This document shows, piece by piece, positions 47,961 to 57,414 of a DNA stretch of 64,000 nt. The notes under the pieces are model-generated. The model did no database searches and was not told the origin of the DNA. It saw only the letters and a program-made list of their open reading frames with translations. Numbering within the stretch: the stretch's first letter is position 1; each line of letters starts with the position of its first letter. Both the position numbers and the translations under genes were made by a program. Source of the DNA: Oscillospiraceae bacterium (GTDB taxonomy: Bacteria; Bacillota; Clostridia; Oscillospirales; Ruminococcaceae); contig JAITFZ010000015.1 of assembly GCA_031280965.1 (NCBI GenBank), forward strand, positions 78,323 through 142,322, given 5' to 3'.

Positions 47961-49463
47961 ATGTCAAGATTTTTATGGGGGATTGGTATTTTGGCGGCTG
48001 GGATTGCTTGTTTTTCGGGTTGTACAGGAAACGATGTTCCCGACAATACAGTAAATACGCCGGATTTACCTGCGTTGTCGGTAACCCCTCCGGCGCCTGT
48101 GGATATAATAATTCAGGCAGAGGATGCCGAAATTTTCGGCAATGTAAGGCTGACGAGCGGCGGTTATCTTGAAGGTTTTGAGCAGGATGACGATTATTGC
48201 GTATTTACAGTGGAAATACCGGCGGACGGCTTCTATGACCTGAATTTCGTTTCCGCAGGCATAGGCGGCTCTAAGGAGAACCACGTATCAGTGAACGGTG
48301 AAAGGCTCGGCACTGTTTTTGTTCCCGGAAGTGATTTTACAAACTCTGTGATGGAACGGGTTTTTCTCACAGAGGGAACGAATGAGATTGCCCTTGAAAA
48401 ATACTGGGGCTGGATACGGCTTGATTATCTGCATATAACCAACTCCGAACCTGTTGACCCGTCTATATTCGATGTTTCCGCACGGCTGATTAACCCGAAT
48501 GCGTCGGAAAACGCAAAGCGTCTTATGAGTTACTTAGCCGATTCCTACGGCAGAACAATTTTAGCCGGTCAGTACAGTGACGACGGGCTTTTGGCGGGGG
48601 AAAGCGGTATTATTTTTATGAACACGGGCAAGCACCCTGCTGTCTTGGGTCTTGACCTGATGGATTACACCCCGTCACGAGTAGAACGCGGAACACAGTC
48701 AAGAGCGGTTGAACACGCCGTAACCGCCGATGAACACGGCGCGATTATCACGTTATGCTGGCACTGGAACGCTCCGGCAGAATACATCACCGGAACATGG
48801 TACAGAGCCTTTTATACCGAACACACCAACATTGACCTTAAGAAAATCATGGACGGCGACGACCCCGACGGCTACGACCTGTTAATGAGCGATATAGATG
48901 CGATTGCCGCACAGTTGAAGCGGCTGGCGGACTTAGACATACCGATACTGTGGAGACCGCTTCACGAAGCAGCAGGCGGCTGGTTTTGGTGGGGGGCAAG
49001 CGGAGCGGAAGCCAATATAGCGTTATGGAAATTACTATACGAGCGGCTGACTTTTGAACACGGGCTGAACAATCTTATTTGGCTTTGGAGCGGAGAAGCT
49101 GCGGATTGGTATCCGGGCGATGAATACGTTGATATTATCGGTGAGGACGTATATGCCGCAGAACACTCTTACGCTTCACAGATTCAAAGATTCCTGCAAG
49201 CGGTGGATTATACCTCGCCGCCAAAGATGGTGGTTCTGGCGGAAAACGGCGTTCTGTTCGACCCCGACTTAGCGGTTCGCGACGGCGCGATGTGGGGCTT
49301 TTTTGCCACGTGGGGCGGCGAATTCGTGCGGGAACGCAACCTTCTGCGCTATTCCGAAAGATACACCGAACTCGAAATGCTTCTGAAGGTATACGAGCAT
49401 GAAATCATAGTCACATTAGATGAACTGCCCGACTTAAAAACATATCCTATCAGAGAAGACTAA
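47961..49463 (+). CDS. GH26 endo-beta-1,4-mannanase lipoprotein with CBM35-like module
   Basis: Lipobox FSGC; IIIQAEDA...YWGWIRLDYL CBM35-like; WHWNAP, WRPLHEAAGGWFWWG and LAENG. Confidence 0.93.
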   Translation: MSRFLWGIGILAAGIACFSGCTGNDVPDNTVNTPDLPALSVTPPAPVDIIIQAEDAEIFGNVRLTSGGYLEGFEQDDDYCVFTVEIPADGFYDLNFVSAGIGGSKENHVSVNGERLGTVFVPGSDFTNSVMERVFLTEGTNEIALEKYWGWIRLDYLHITNSEPVDPSIFDVSARLINPNASENAKRLMSYLADSYGRTILAGQYSDDGLLAGESGIIFMNTGKHPAVLGLDLMDYTPSRVERGTQSRAVEHAVTADEHGAIITLCWHWNAPAEYITGTWYRAFYTEHTNIDLKKIMDGDDPDGYDLLMSDIDAIAAQLKRLADLDIPILWRPLHEAAGGWFWWGASGAEANIALWKLLYERLTFEHGLNNLIWLWSGEAADWYPGDEYVDIIGEDVYAAEHSYASQIQRFLQAVDYTSPPKMVVLAENGVLFDPDLAVRDGAMWGFFATWGGEFVRERNLLRYSERYTELEMLLKVYEHEIIVTLDELPDLKTYPIRED

Positions 49464-49528
49464 ATTTATATTGTTCATTAGTTAATTATTAAACCTCCAC
49501 GGAAACCCTATAAATTTCAGAAAAGCAC

Positions 49529-49557
49529 TTGACGGTAGCGAATTTTAGTGGCATAAT
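49529..49557 (+). promoter_or_regulatory. sigmaA-like promoter of the IS remnant
   Basis: TTGACG-17-CATAAT. Confidence 0.55.
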
Positions 49558-49575
49558 TAGGTCAGGGCGTTAAAA

Positions 49576-49712
49576 ATGTCAGTATATGAAAAATCAAAGA
49601 GATTAAGCGATAAAGATTTCAAGCAACTCATGGGGGTGAAACGAGAAACTTTTGCAGAGATGGTTGCGATTTTAACGGAGGACTACCTTAAAAGGCACAT
49701 TAACGGCGGGGG
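49576..49712 (+). mobile_element. IS5-family transposase N-terminal remnant
   Basis: MSVYEKSKRLSDKDFKQLMGVKRETFAEMVAILTEDYLKRHINGG resembles IS5-family transposase N-termini (LSD..F.RLTGVKR.TF..MV..L); the ORF stops at 49755. Confidence 0.7.
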
Positions 49713-49923
49713 AATGGCGAACCAAAAACCCCGACAAATCGGGAAATATCCGTGACTATGCAACACTTGAACAGCTTGTAGTTTTATCAAACATGGAAAG
49801 CATAAACGCCCTTTTATTCGTCAAGGAATACAGCAAGGCGAACGGCTTGTACAGCTTAATAATACGGCTATCACTCAATTAAAATCGCTTGTCAATAGTG
49901 GCTTGCAAAAGCGATTGAAATAA
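49712..49923 (+). pseudogene. C-terminal fragment of a KilA-N domain protein, frameshifted
   Basis: EWRTKNPDKSGNIRDYATLEQLVVLSNMESINAL / IRQGIQQGERLVQLNNTAITQLKSL; one base missing at the CCCTTTTATT run. Confidence 0.65.
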
Positions 49924-49964
49924 ACCCAAACAACCAAATATAATACTTACAGGAGCAAAATAAA

Positions 49965-50399
49965 ATGAAAAAAACTGCTTTCCATTATTGTATAATATCA
50001 GTTGTTATATTTTTATTACTGACAGCTTGTAACAATTATAATTGCGATATTTGTGGCGACCAGCACAGCCGTCGTTCTGATGTCGGTGGCGAAGCATCAC
50101 CACTGGAGTATTTTGAATTGTTTGCTCTTGATTCAAACGATTATCTGCGTATATACGTTAAAAGCTGTTGGAGTAGGTCGGTTCATTCACATTATCGAAG
50201 TGCGTTTTATTCACGACATAATATTTCCGAAATGTATGAGGTTATTTCTGTTGCCGAATCCAATGTTCCTTTTGAAGTGGAATTTGACGGCGAAACTATT
50301 ACATTGACCACTACCATTTTAGGATTGGAAGAAGTGCTTATTACAAGTGAACAGCGTGATAAGGGGTTTACTTACAGAATGAAACGAAATAACGAATAA
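49965..50399 (+). CDS. hypothetical lipoprotein
   Basis: Lipobox LTAC; CDIC...H motif; AGGAG RBS. Confidence 0.7.
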   Translation: MKKTAFHYCIISVVIFLLLTACNNYNCDICGDQHSRRSDVGGEASPLEYFELFALDSNDYLRIYVKSCWSRSVHSHYRSAFYSRHNISEMYEVISVAESNVPFEVEFDGETITLTTTILGLEEVLITSEQRDKGFTYRMKRNNE

Positions 50400-50419
50400 G
50401 TTGAACAGTATAATCAATT

Positions 50420-53400
50420 TTGAAGCACGGATTTAGGTTTCCGTGGAGGTCTATTTTAAAGGGGGGCTTGGGCTTGAGAAAAAGAATAGTTTCCGTTCTG
50501 CTTATTCTCGCGCTGTTTCATCAGTCGTTCATGACAGCGTCAGCCGAATCAGAAACGAGCCTTACCCGTGAAGAAATAGACAATGTATTATGGGGTTATA
50601 CAATCGACCCGTCCATACCGACTTTCGGAGAATACAAGAGCGCGAACCCGTCGAACAGACCTGATAAAGCATATAATATAGATGCCGCTGATTTTTCGCG
50701 TTATCTTGAAGGCGACGAAGCGGCAGAACCGGAAATCATGTCCGGTTATATGGGCATGGACGGCGATTCCGTGCTGACTTCCGAAAACTCGGTTATTGAA
50801 TACGAGATTTACATAGAGGAGGCGGGTCTTTACGATATATCCCTTCTCTATTACCCTGTCGAGGGCAAGAGTTCTGCAATTCAGCGCAGTTTTTTCGTGA
50901 GCGGTGTTCTGCCGTACCGCGAATTAGCTTTGATTGAGTTTGCGCGGATTTGGCAGAATGCGATTGCAAAACAGGTTACAGAACCCGGTTATGTTGCGCT
51001 TGTGTGGGAAAAGGATAATCAGGGCAACGATTTAAAACCGAGAATGTTTGAATCGCCCGAATGGATTAATTCTTATCTGCGCGATGTAGACGGTTATATC
51101 ACGTCACGCCTGCCCGTATATTTTGAAGCGGGCTTGAACACCCTGACTATAGCCGCTTTGCGTGAGCCTATGCTGCTTCGCGGTATATCGCTGGATAATC
51201 CCCCGCCGCCCGTTGCATACGCCGATTATAAAGCCGCTCATGACAAAGCGGGCGCAGAGCCCGTATCGGGCGTGAGCGTTGAATTACAAGGACAGTACGC
51301 CATACGCACATCATCGCAAATGCTTTATCCCGTTCAGGATTCATCGTCGCCCGCATTGACGCCGGTCAGTCCGCGGTTGTTGCTTAACAACACCATTGGC
51401 GGACACTCGTGGCGTTTTTCGGGGCAGTGGGTTGAATGGGACTTTTCTGTGCCGGAAAGCGGGTACTACAGCATAGGTCTGAATGTCAGGCAGAACTTCA
51501 GGCGCGGCGCGTACACCTCCCGTAAAATAAGTATTAACGGCGAAGTGCCGTTTTTAGAGATGGAGGATTATCTTTTCGCCTATTCGCAGAACTGGAGGAA
51601 CGAAACACTGTCCGACTCCGACAACGAGCCGTTTTTGTTTTACATAGAAGCCGGCGTGATTAACACACTGCGCTTTGAAACTGTACTCGGCAGTTTCGCG
51701 GAAGTGATTTCCGAAGTGCGTGAATCTATATACGAACTCAATTCCATATACCGTAAAATCATACGGCTGACCGGCGTAAAACCCGACAGATACAGAGATT
51801 ATCAAATCGAGCGGAGTCTGCCGGAACTGAAAGGCGAAATGGAAGCTGTGCGCGACAGGATTGAGCAGGCTATAAACGAAATACGCCGCATAGACACAAG
51901 AGGAGGCGGGCAGGAGCGCGTCTTGGTGGCAATGCGCGACCTTTTAAATACGCTAATCAATAACCCCGAGCGGTTTGCGCGTGTTTTAGAAACCTACAAG
52001 GCTTCCGTGCGTGCGTGCGGTACCTGGCTCAATGAAGCCATGCTTCAGCCGTTGCAATTGGACGCTGTTCAAATATCCGCGCCCGATGTTGAGCATAAGC
52101 TGAGAAACAACTCGATTTTCCATAGAATCTGGTTTGAATTATCGCGCCTGTTCTTCTCGTTTTTCATTGATTACAGCCGCATAGGCAACGTTTCCGACTC
52201 GGACGAAGGCGACACCATAACGCTTTGGGTCGGTTCGGGGCGCGACCAGGCGAACGTTATAAAGTCGCTGATTGACGAGAGGTTTACATACGACACCGGA
52301 ATTAATGTAAACGTAATGCTCGTAGATATGAGTACGCTTTTACAGGCGACGTTAGCGGGGCAGGGACCGGATGTAGCCTTGCAGGTGGCGGGCGACCTGC
52401 CGATGAACTTCGGCTTGCGTAATGCCGTAACCGACCTCAGCAGGTTTGAAGACCTGCCCGAAATAAGAGAGCGCTTCGACCCGAGCGCGATGGTTCCGTT
52501 TGAATTTAACGGCGCGACTTATGCCCTGCCGGAAACGCAGAGCTTTCCCATGCTGTTCTACCGCAAGGATATTTTGGCTGAACTCGGACTTGAAGTGCCC
52601 CGCACGTGGGACGATGTAAAAATCGCAATGGCGGTGCTTGCAAACGATATGATGGAATTCGGTATGTTGCCGAACGAGCTTTTGTTTGCGACGCTTCTCT
52701 TTCAAAACGGCGGGGAGTATTATAACGAGGATGCGTCGCGTTCGGCGCTTGACAGCGAAGAGGGTATTAACGCATTTAAAATCTATACCGAGTTTTACAC
52801 GGATTATAAATTAGACAGGTCAACTAGTGTGGAAGAGCGCTTCCGTACCGGTGAAGCGCCTATGATAATCGCGGATTACACGACATATAACAACTTTCAG
52901 GTGTCTGCGCCGGACTTGCGGGGAATGTGGGGTTTCGCGCCCGTACCCGCTACGATACAGCCCGACGGTACGCTGAACGGCGTCGCGGCAAGCCATTCGG
53001 GCGCGTGTATTATAATGGAAATGTCGAACAAGGAAGCCTCGTGGGAGTTTTTGAAGTGGTGGACTTCGACTGAAACGCAGGTAATGTTCGGGCGTGAAAT
53101 GGAGAGCCTTATGGGCTCGGCGGCACGTGTACCGACCGCTAACCTTGAAGCGTTTTCGATGTTGCCGTGGCCCGCCGCCGACTATGCGGCGCTCAGAGAG
53201 CAGTTTAGCAGAATCAGGGGAATACCGCAGGTTCCGGGCGGATATTTCAGCTTCCGTAACGTAAACAACGCATTCTATTCGGTAACTACGCCGTTTGAAG
53301 AACTTCCCGCGAGAGCAAGAATTGAGAGGTCGCCGCGTGAGGAGCTGACCGACAAGGTTATTCTAATTAACGATGAAATCCGGTATAAGCGTTCTATATT

Positions 53401-53425
53401 CGGACTGCCGCTTTACGGTGAATAA
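50420..53425 (+). CDS. large extracellular solute-binding protein (N-terminal beta-sandwich domains + SBP_bac_1)
   Basis: Signal peptide (start may be the TTG near 50473); C-terminal QGPDVAL, ALPETQSFPMLFYRKDIL and SWEFLKWW SBP motifs. Confidence 0.88.
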   Translation: MKHGFRFPWRSILKGGLGLRKRIVSVLLILALFHQSFMTASAESETSLTREEIDNVLWGYTIDPSIPTFGEYKSANPSNRPDKAYNIDAADFSRYLEGDEAAEPEIMSGYMGMDGDSVLTSENSVIEYEIYIEEAGLYDISLLYYPVEGKSSAIQRSFFVSGVLPYRELALIEFARIWQNAIAKQVTEPGYVALVWEKDNQGNDLKPRMFESPEWINSYLRDVDGYITSRLPVYFEAGLNTLTIAALREPMLLRGISLDNPPPPVAYADYKAAHDKAGAEPVSGVSVELQGQYAIRTSSQMLYPVQDSSSPALTPVSPRLLLNNTIGGHSWRFSGQWVEWDFSVPESGYYSIGLNVRQNFRRGAYTSRKISINGEVPFLEMEDYLFAYSQNWRNETLSDSDNEPFLFYIEAGVINTLRFETVLGSFAEVISEVRESIYELNSIYRKIIRLTGVKPDRYRDYQIERSLPELKGEMEAVRDRIEQAINEIRRIDTRGGGQERVLVAMRDLLNTLINNPERFARVLETYKASVRACGTWLNEAMLQPLQLDAVQISAPDVEHKLRNNSIFHRIWFELSRLFFSFFIDYSRIGNVSDSDEGDTITLWVGSGRDQANVIKSLIDERFTYDTGINVNVMLVDMSTLLQATLAGQGPDVALQVAGDLPMNFGLRNAVTDLSRFEDLPEIRERFDPSAMVPFEFNGATYALPETQSFPMLFYRKDILAELGLEVPRTWDDVKIAMAVLANDMMEFGMLPNELLFATLLFQNGGEYYNEDASRSALDSEEGINAFKIYTEFYTDYKLDRSTSVEERFRTGEAPMIIADYTTYNNFQVSAPDLRGMWGFAPVPATIQPDGTLNGVAASHSGACIIMEMSNKEASWEFLKWWTSTETQVMFGREMESLMGSAARVPTANLEAFSMLPWPAADYAALREQFSRIRGIPQVPGGYFSFRNVNNAFYSVTTPFEELPARARIERSPREELTDKVILINDEIRYKRSIFGLPLYGE

Positions 53426-53448
53426 GCGGGGAAGGAGGAACATGTTAA

Positions 53449-54360
53449 GTGGATAAACGAGAAAGAACAAGCTTTTTCAAGTACATAGCGCAGAACAGAG
53501 CAACCTATTTATTACTCGCGCCGTTTTTTACGCTGTTCTTCCTGTTTACGATTCTGCCTGTGTTAGCGTCAATGACGCTGAGTTTTACATATTTTAATAT
53601 GCTTGAGTTTCCTAAGTGGGTTGGTTGGGGAAATTATACCAAGTTATTATTGGAAGACGACCTGTTCGTGCTCGCGTTGAGGAATACGTTAATCTTCGCG
53701 TTTATAACAGGTCCGGTCAGTTATATCCTTTGTCTGCTGTTTGCGTGGATAATAAACGAGTTTCAGGGGAAACTCCGGGCATTTTTAACTTTAGTCTTTT
53801 ACGCGCCGTCAATCAGCGGGCAGGCGTATTTAGTATGGAATATTATCCTGTCCGACGACCGTTACGGATACCTCAACGGTTTTTTGTTAAACTTTGGTTT
53901 TGTGCAGGAAGCCGTGCTTTGGATGAGGTGGGAGAAATATATACTGCCGGTATTAATCGCCGTGCAGTTATGGCTGAGCCTCGGAACAGGATTCCTTGCG
54001 TTTATCGCGGGGCTTCAAACCGTTGATAAATCCTTGTATGAAGCCGCCGCCTTAGATGGTGTAAAAAACCGTTGGCAGGAGCTGTGGTTCATTACACTGC
54101 CCGCCATGAGACCGCAACTTATGTTCGGCGCGGTCATGCAAATTACGCAGTCGTTTGCAATTGCCGACATTTCAATTCAGTTAGCGGGCAACCCGTCTGT
54201 TAACTATGCGGGTTCGACCATAGTGACGCACCTGTTAGATTACGGAAGCGGTGTGCGGTTTGATATGGGTTACGCCGCGGCAATCGCGACAATCCTGTTT
54301 ATCATGATGGTGGGAACGAATAAATTTGTGCAGTGGATGCTTAAAAGGATAGGGAGATAG
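53449..54360 (+). CDS. carbohydrate ABC transporter permease
   Basis: LYEAAALDGVKNRWQELWFITLP EAA motif. Confidence 0.93.
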   Translation: MDKRERTSFFKYIAQNRATYLLLAPFFTLFFLFTILPVLASMTLSFTYFNMLEFPKWVGWGNYTKLLLEDDLFVLALRNTLIFAFITGPVSYILCLLFAWIINEFQGKLRAFLTLVFYAPSISGQAYLVWNIILSDDRYGYLNGFLLNFGFVQEAVLWMRWEKYILPVLIAVQLWLSLGTGFLAFIAGLQTVDKSLYEAAALDGVKNRWQELWFITLPAMRPQLMFGAVMQITQSFAIADISIQLAGNPSVNYAGSTIVTHLLDYGSGVRFDMGYAAAIATILFIMMVGTNKFVQWMLKRIGR

Positions 54361-55302
54361 GTGATAAGTATGGACGGCACAGTTTCAATAAAAACAGAAG
54401 AAGCGCTCACGGCACAAACGTCAAAACCCCGCATCATAAAGAAACGCTTTATTCGCCGTCAGCGGAAAATCAACCGTTCGGCGGCAGGAAACGGGCTGTT
54501 ATTTTTATTGATGGCGATTTGCGGCGTGTTCATGGCTTTACCGCTTGTTATGATAATTAATAACGCGCTCAAGCCGCTTGATGAGATTTTCCAGTTCCCG
54601 CCGCGAATCCTTGTGCGTAACCCCACGCTTGAAAATTTCAGCGACCTGTTCGTTCTGATGAGCGATTCATGGGTTCCTTTTTCGCGGTATATACTCAATA
54701 CAATTATAATTACCGGTTGCGGTACGGTAGGTCATGTCATTTGTGCTTCGATGGCGGCGTATCCGTTGGCGAAGCATAAATTCCGCGGCCAGAAGGTGCT
54801 GTTTTCATTAGTTGTGCTTTCAATGATGTTCTCGTGGACGGTAACGCAAATCCCGAATTACATGATAATAACATACTTAGGAATCAATAACACGCATTTA
54901 GCTTTAATTCTGCCCGCCAGCGCTTTTGGTATGGGGCTGTATCTTATGAAGCAGTTCATGGAGCAAATTCCCGATTCTATTATTGAATCGGCGCGGTTGG
55001 ATGGCGCGGGCGAATTCAGGATTTTTTGGCGGATTATAATGCCGAACGTTAAACCCGCATGGCTGACATTGGCAATCTTTCAGTTCCAGCATCTTTGGGG
55101 CAACACCGGACACTTATTCCTTCGCAGTGAGGAACTGAGACCGTTGCAGCACGCCATGCAGTTCATTACTCACGGCGGGGTTCAGCGGGCGGGTGCGTCG
55201 GCGGCTGTAGCGTTCATTATAGCGGCTATTCCCATTACATTTTTCTTAATCTGCCAGTCGAATATCCTTGAAACCATGACAACATCGGGCATGAAAGACT
55301 AA
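54361..55302 (+). CDS. carbohydrate ABC transporter permease
   Basis: IIESARLDGAGEFRIFWRIIMP EAA motif. Confidence 0.93.
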   Translation: MISMDGTVSIKTEEALTAQTSKPRIIKKRFIRRQRKINRSAAGNGLLFLLMAICGVFMALPLVMIINNALKPLDEIFQFPPRILVRNPTLENFSDLFVLMSDSWVPFSRYILNTIIITGCGTVGHVICASMAAYPLAKHKFRGQKVLFSLVVLSMMFSWTVTQIPNYMIITYLGINNTHLALILPASAFGMGLYLMKQFMEQIPDSIIESARLDGAGEFRIFWRIIMPNVKPAWLTLAIFQFQHLWGNTGHLFLRSEELRPLQHAMQFITHGGVQRAGASAAVAFIIAAIPITFFLICQSNILETMTTSGMKD

Positions 55303-55321
55303 AGGGAGGGAGGAACCGCTT

Positions 55322-56782
55322 TTGAAGAAAATCACGTCGCTTGCGCTTGCCTGCATGTTATTTGCATTGGCGGTTTTTCCCGTGTCGGCAAGCGGGAACC
55401 TGCCGTATGACTCGTATATTTACGACTATTGGGAAAACATAGTACTCACGCCCGCGCCTTACGTTCCCGGCGGCAGTGTATCGGGTGTATCGCTTGGTGT
55501 GGGGGCGTTTTCAAGACCGCAGGACATGTGTGTCGGTCCCGACGGCTTGGTTTATGTAGCCGATACCGGCAACAACCGCATTGTAATACTGAATGAGGAA
55601 ATGACGGAACCCGTGGGTATAATCGACAGCTTTTACAACAACAACTCACCCGACACCTTTAACGCGCCTTTCGGCGTTTCGGTGTCCCCGGATAATCTGC
55701 TTTATGTTGCGGACTCACAGAACATGCGGGTTATCGCGTTAGACGGCGACAAGGTTGTGCATACCGTCAAAGACCCGCAGTCGGAAATGCTGGACGAGGA
55801 GTTCATATTCACGCCGCTGAAGGTAGCTGTGGACTTCGCGGGGCGGGTTTATGTCATAGCGCGCGGCATGACTCAAGGCATAATGGTTTTTAATCCCGAA
55901 GGCGAATTCACGGGCTTTTTCGGCACAATCAATGTACAAATTACTCCGTGGGAAATTTTTTGGCGCGCAATTTCAACAAGGGCTCAGCGGGAGAGACAAC
56001 AGCTCTTCATCGCTACCGAGTTCACGGGGATTGATGTTGATTCGAGGGGCTTCATATACGCATCAAACATTGACAGTGACGGCTTGCGGGCTGTGCGCCG
56101 CCTAAACCCTACCGGCGAGGATGTAATCCGTACAGGCGAGAACGAACATCTCGGCGGTGATTTGGTTTGGGGCGGGTTCACCCCGTATGCCGGACCGTCT
56201 CAAATAGTAGATGTGGTATATCGCGGAAAGGGAATCTATTCGCTCCTTGATTCACGGCGCGGGCGCGTTTTCACATATGACCGCGAGGGTAATTTACTGT
56301 ACATTTTTGGCGGGCTCGGCTCACAGGCGGGTACGTTCAGGCAGCCGGTGTCAATCGAAGCGCTCGGGAGCCGCATTGCTGTCTTAGACGCCGCCCGTAA
56401 CGAAATCATGATTTTTGAAGAAACACTGTACGGGCGGCTCATCAATGAAGCTGTCGCTTTACGCTACGACGGGGATGAATCGCAGGCGGTGGAAAAATGG
56501 CGGCAGGTGTTGCTGTTGAATGAAAACCTTGAAATAGCGAATATTGGCATCGGAAAAGCATATCTGACTTCCGGCGATAATTTAAACGCAATGAAATATC
56601 TCAGATTAGGGCAAAGCCGTACTTATTATTCTATTGCATACAGACGATACCGCAACGAGGTGCTGAAAGCTAATTTACCGTGGGTATTAACGGGAGTTTT
56701 AGTTCTTGCGGCGGCGTTGCCCGTAACCGTCACACTGAGAAAACGCCGACGTGCAAAGCTTAAAGGGGGTGCAGACGGCTGA
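55322..56782 (+). CDS. NHL-repeat beta-propeller surface protein with TPR-like segment and C-terminal TM
   Basis: PQDMCV...VYVADTGNNRIV, PFGVSV..LYVADSQN and PLKVAVDFAGRVYV repeats. Confidence 0.85.
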   Translation: MKKITSLALACMLFALAVFPVSASGNLPYDSYIYDYWENIVLTPAPYVPGGSVSGVSLGVGAFSRPQDMCVGPDGLVYVADTGNNRIVILNEEMTEPVGIIDSFYNNNSPDTFNAPFGVSVSPDNLLYVADSQNMRVIALDGDKVVHTVKDPQSEMLDEEFIFTPLKVAVDFAGRVYVIARGMTQGIMVFNPEGEFTGFFGTINVQITPWEIFWRAISTRAQRERQQLFIATEFTGIDVDSRGFIYASNIDSDGLRAVRRLNPTGEDVIRTGENEHLGGDLVWGGFTPYAGPSQIVDVVYRGKGIYSLLDSRRGRVFTYDREGNLLYIFGGLGSQAGTFRQPVSIEALGSRIAVLDAARNEIMIFEETLYGRLINEAVALRYDGDESQAVEKWRQVLLLNENLEIANIGIGKAYLTSGDNLNAMKYLRLGQSRTYYSIAYRRYRNEVLKANLPWVLTGVLVLAAALPVTVTLRKRRRAKLKGGADG

Positions 56783-57414
56783 TGAGAAAATACTTTTCAA
56801 AAGAGCGCATGTTTTATTTCCGCAGAATATTAATGCACCCGCTTGATTCTTTTTATGAAATCCGCCACCGCGAATACGGGAGCGTACCTGTTGCGTTAAT
56901 CTGCGTACTGCTGTTCGGGCTTGTATTTACTATGAACCGTATTTTCGCCGGTTTTATAGTAAACGAAGTAAACCCCCGCACAGTCAACGGACTGACCGAA
57001 ATAGGAAGTGTGTTTTTGCTGTTTATGCTGTTCTGTATAGGTAACTGGTCGGTGACATGCCTTATGAACGGCGAGGGAAGGCTGAAGGACATAATAACGG
57101 TAGTCGGTTATTCGCTCACGCCTTTGATTGCCGTATATATACCCGCCACGCTTTTGTCGCATGTTGTGGCGGCGGGAGAAGAAGTTTTTTATTACTTTGC
57201 CATAGGTGCGGGTTTGGTGTGGTTCGGGCTTCTTGTGCTTATGGGCATTATGACTGTCCATAACTACTCCCTGCTTAAAACAATTGTCACATTAGTGCTG
57301 ACACTTCTTGCCATGTTTATATTGATTTTCCTCGCTTTGTTAATCTACGATTTAATCAATCAGGTATACATATTCATATACAGCATTTATACAGAACTTA
57401 TATTCAGATATTGA
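56782..57414 (+). CDS. Yip1 family membrane protein
   Basis: HPLDSFYEIR, NWSVTCLMNGEGRLKDI and HNYS..KTI. Confidence 0.85.
   Translation: MRKYFSKERMFYFRRILMHPLDSFYEIRHREYGSVPVALICVLLFGLVFTMNRIFAGFIVNEVNPRTVNGLTEIGSVFLLFMLFCIGNWSVTCLMNGEGRLKDIITVVGYSLTPLIAVYIPATLLSHVVAAGEEVFYYFAIGAGLVWFGLLVLMGIMTVHNYSLLKTIVTLVLTLLAMFILIFLALLIYDLINQVYIFIYSIYTELIFRY

Noticed and set aside
47762-48046. 94-aa minus-strand ORF
   Set aside because: Spans the promoter/operator region and antisense GH26 start; no RBS or family features.
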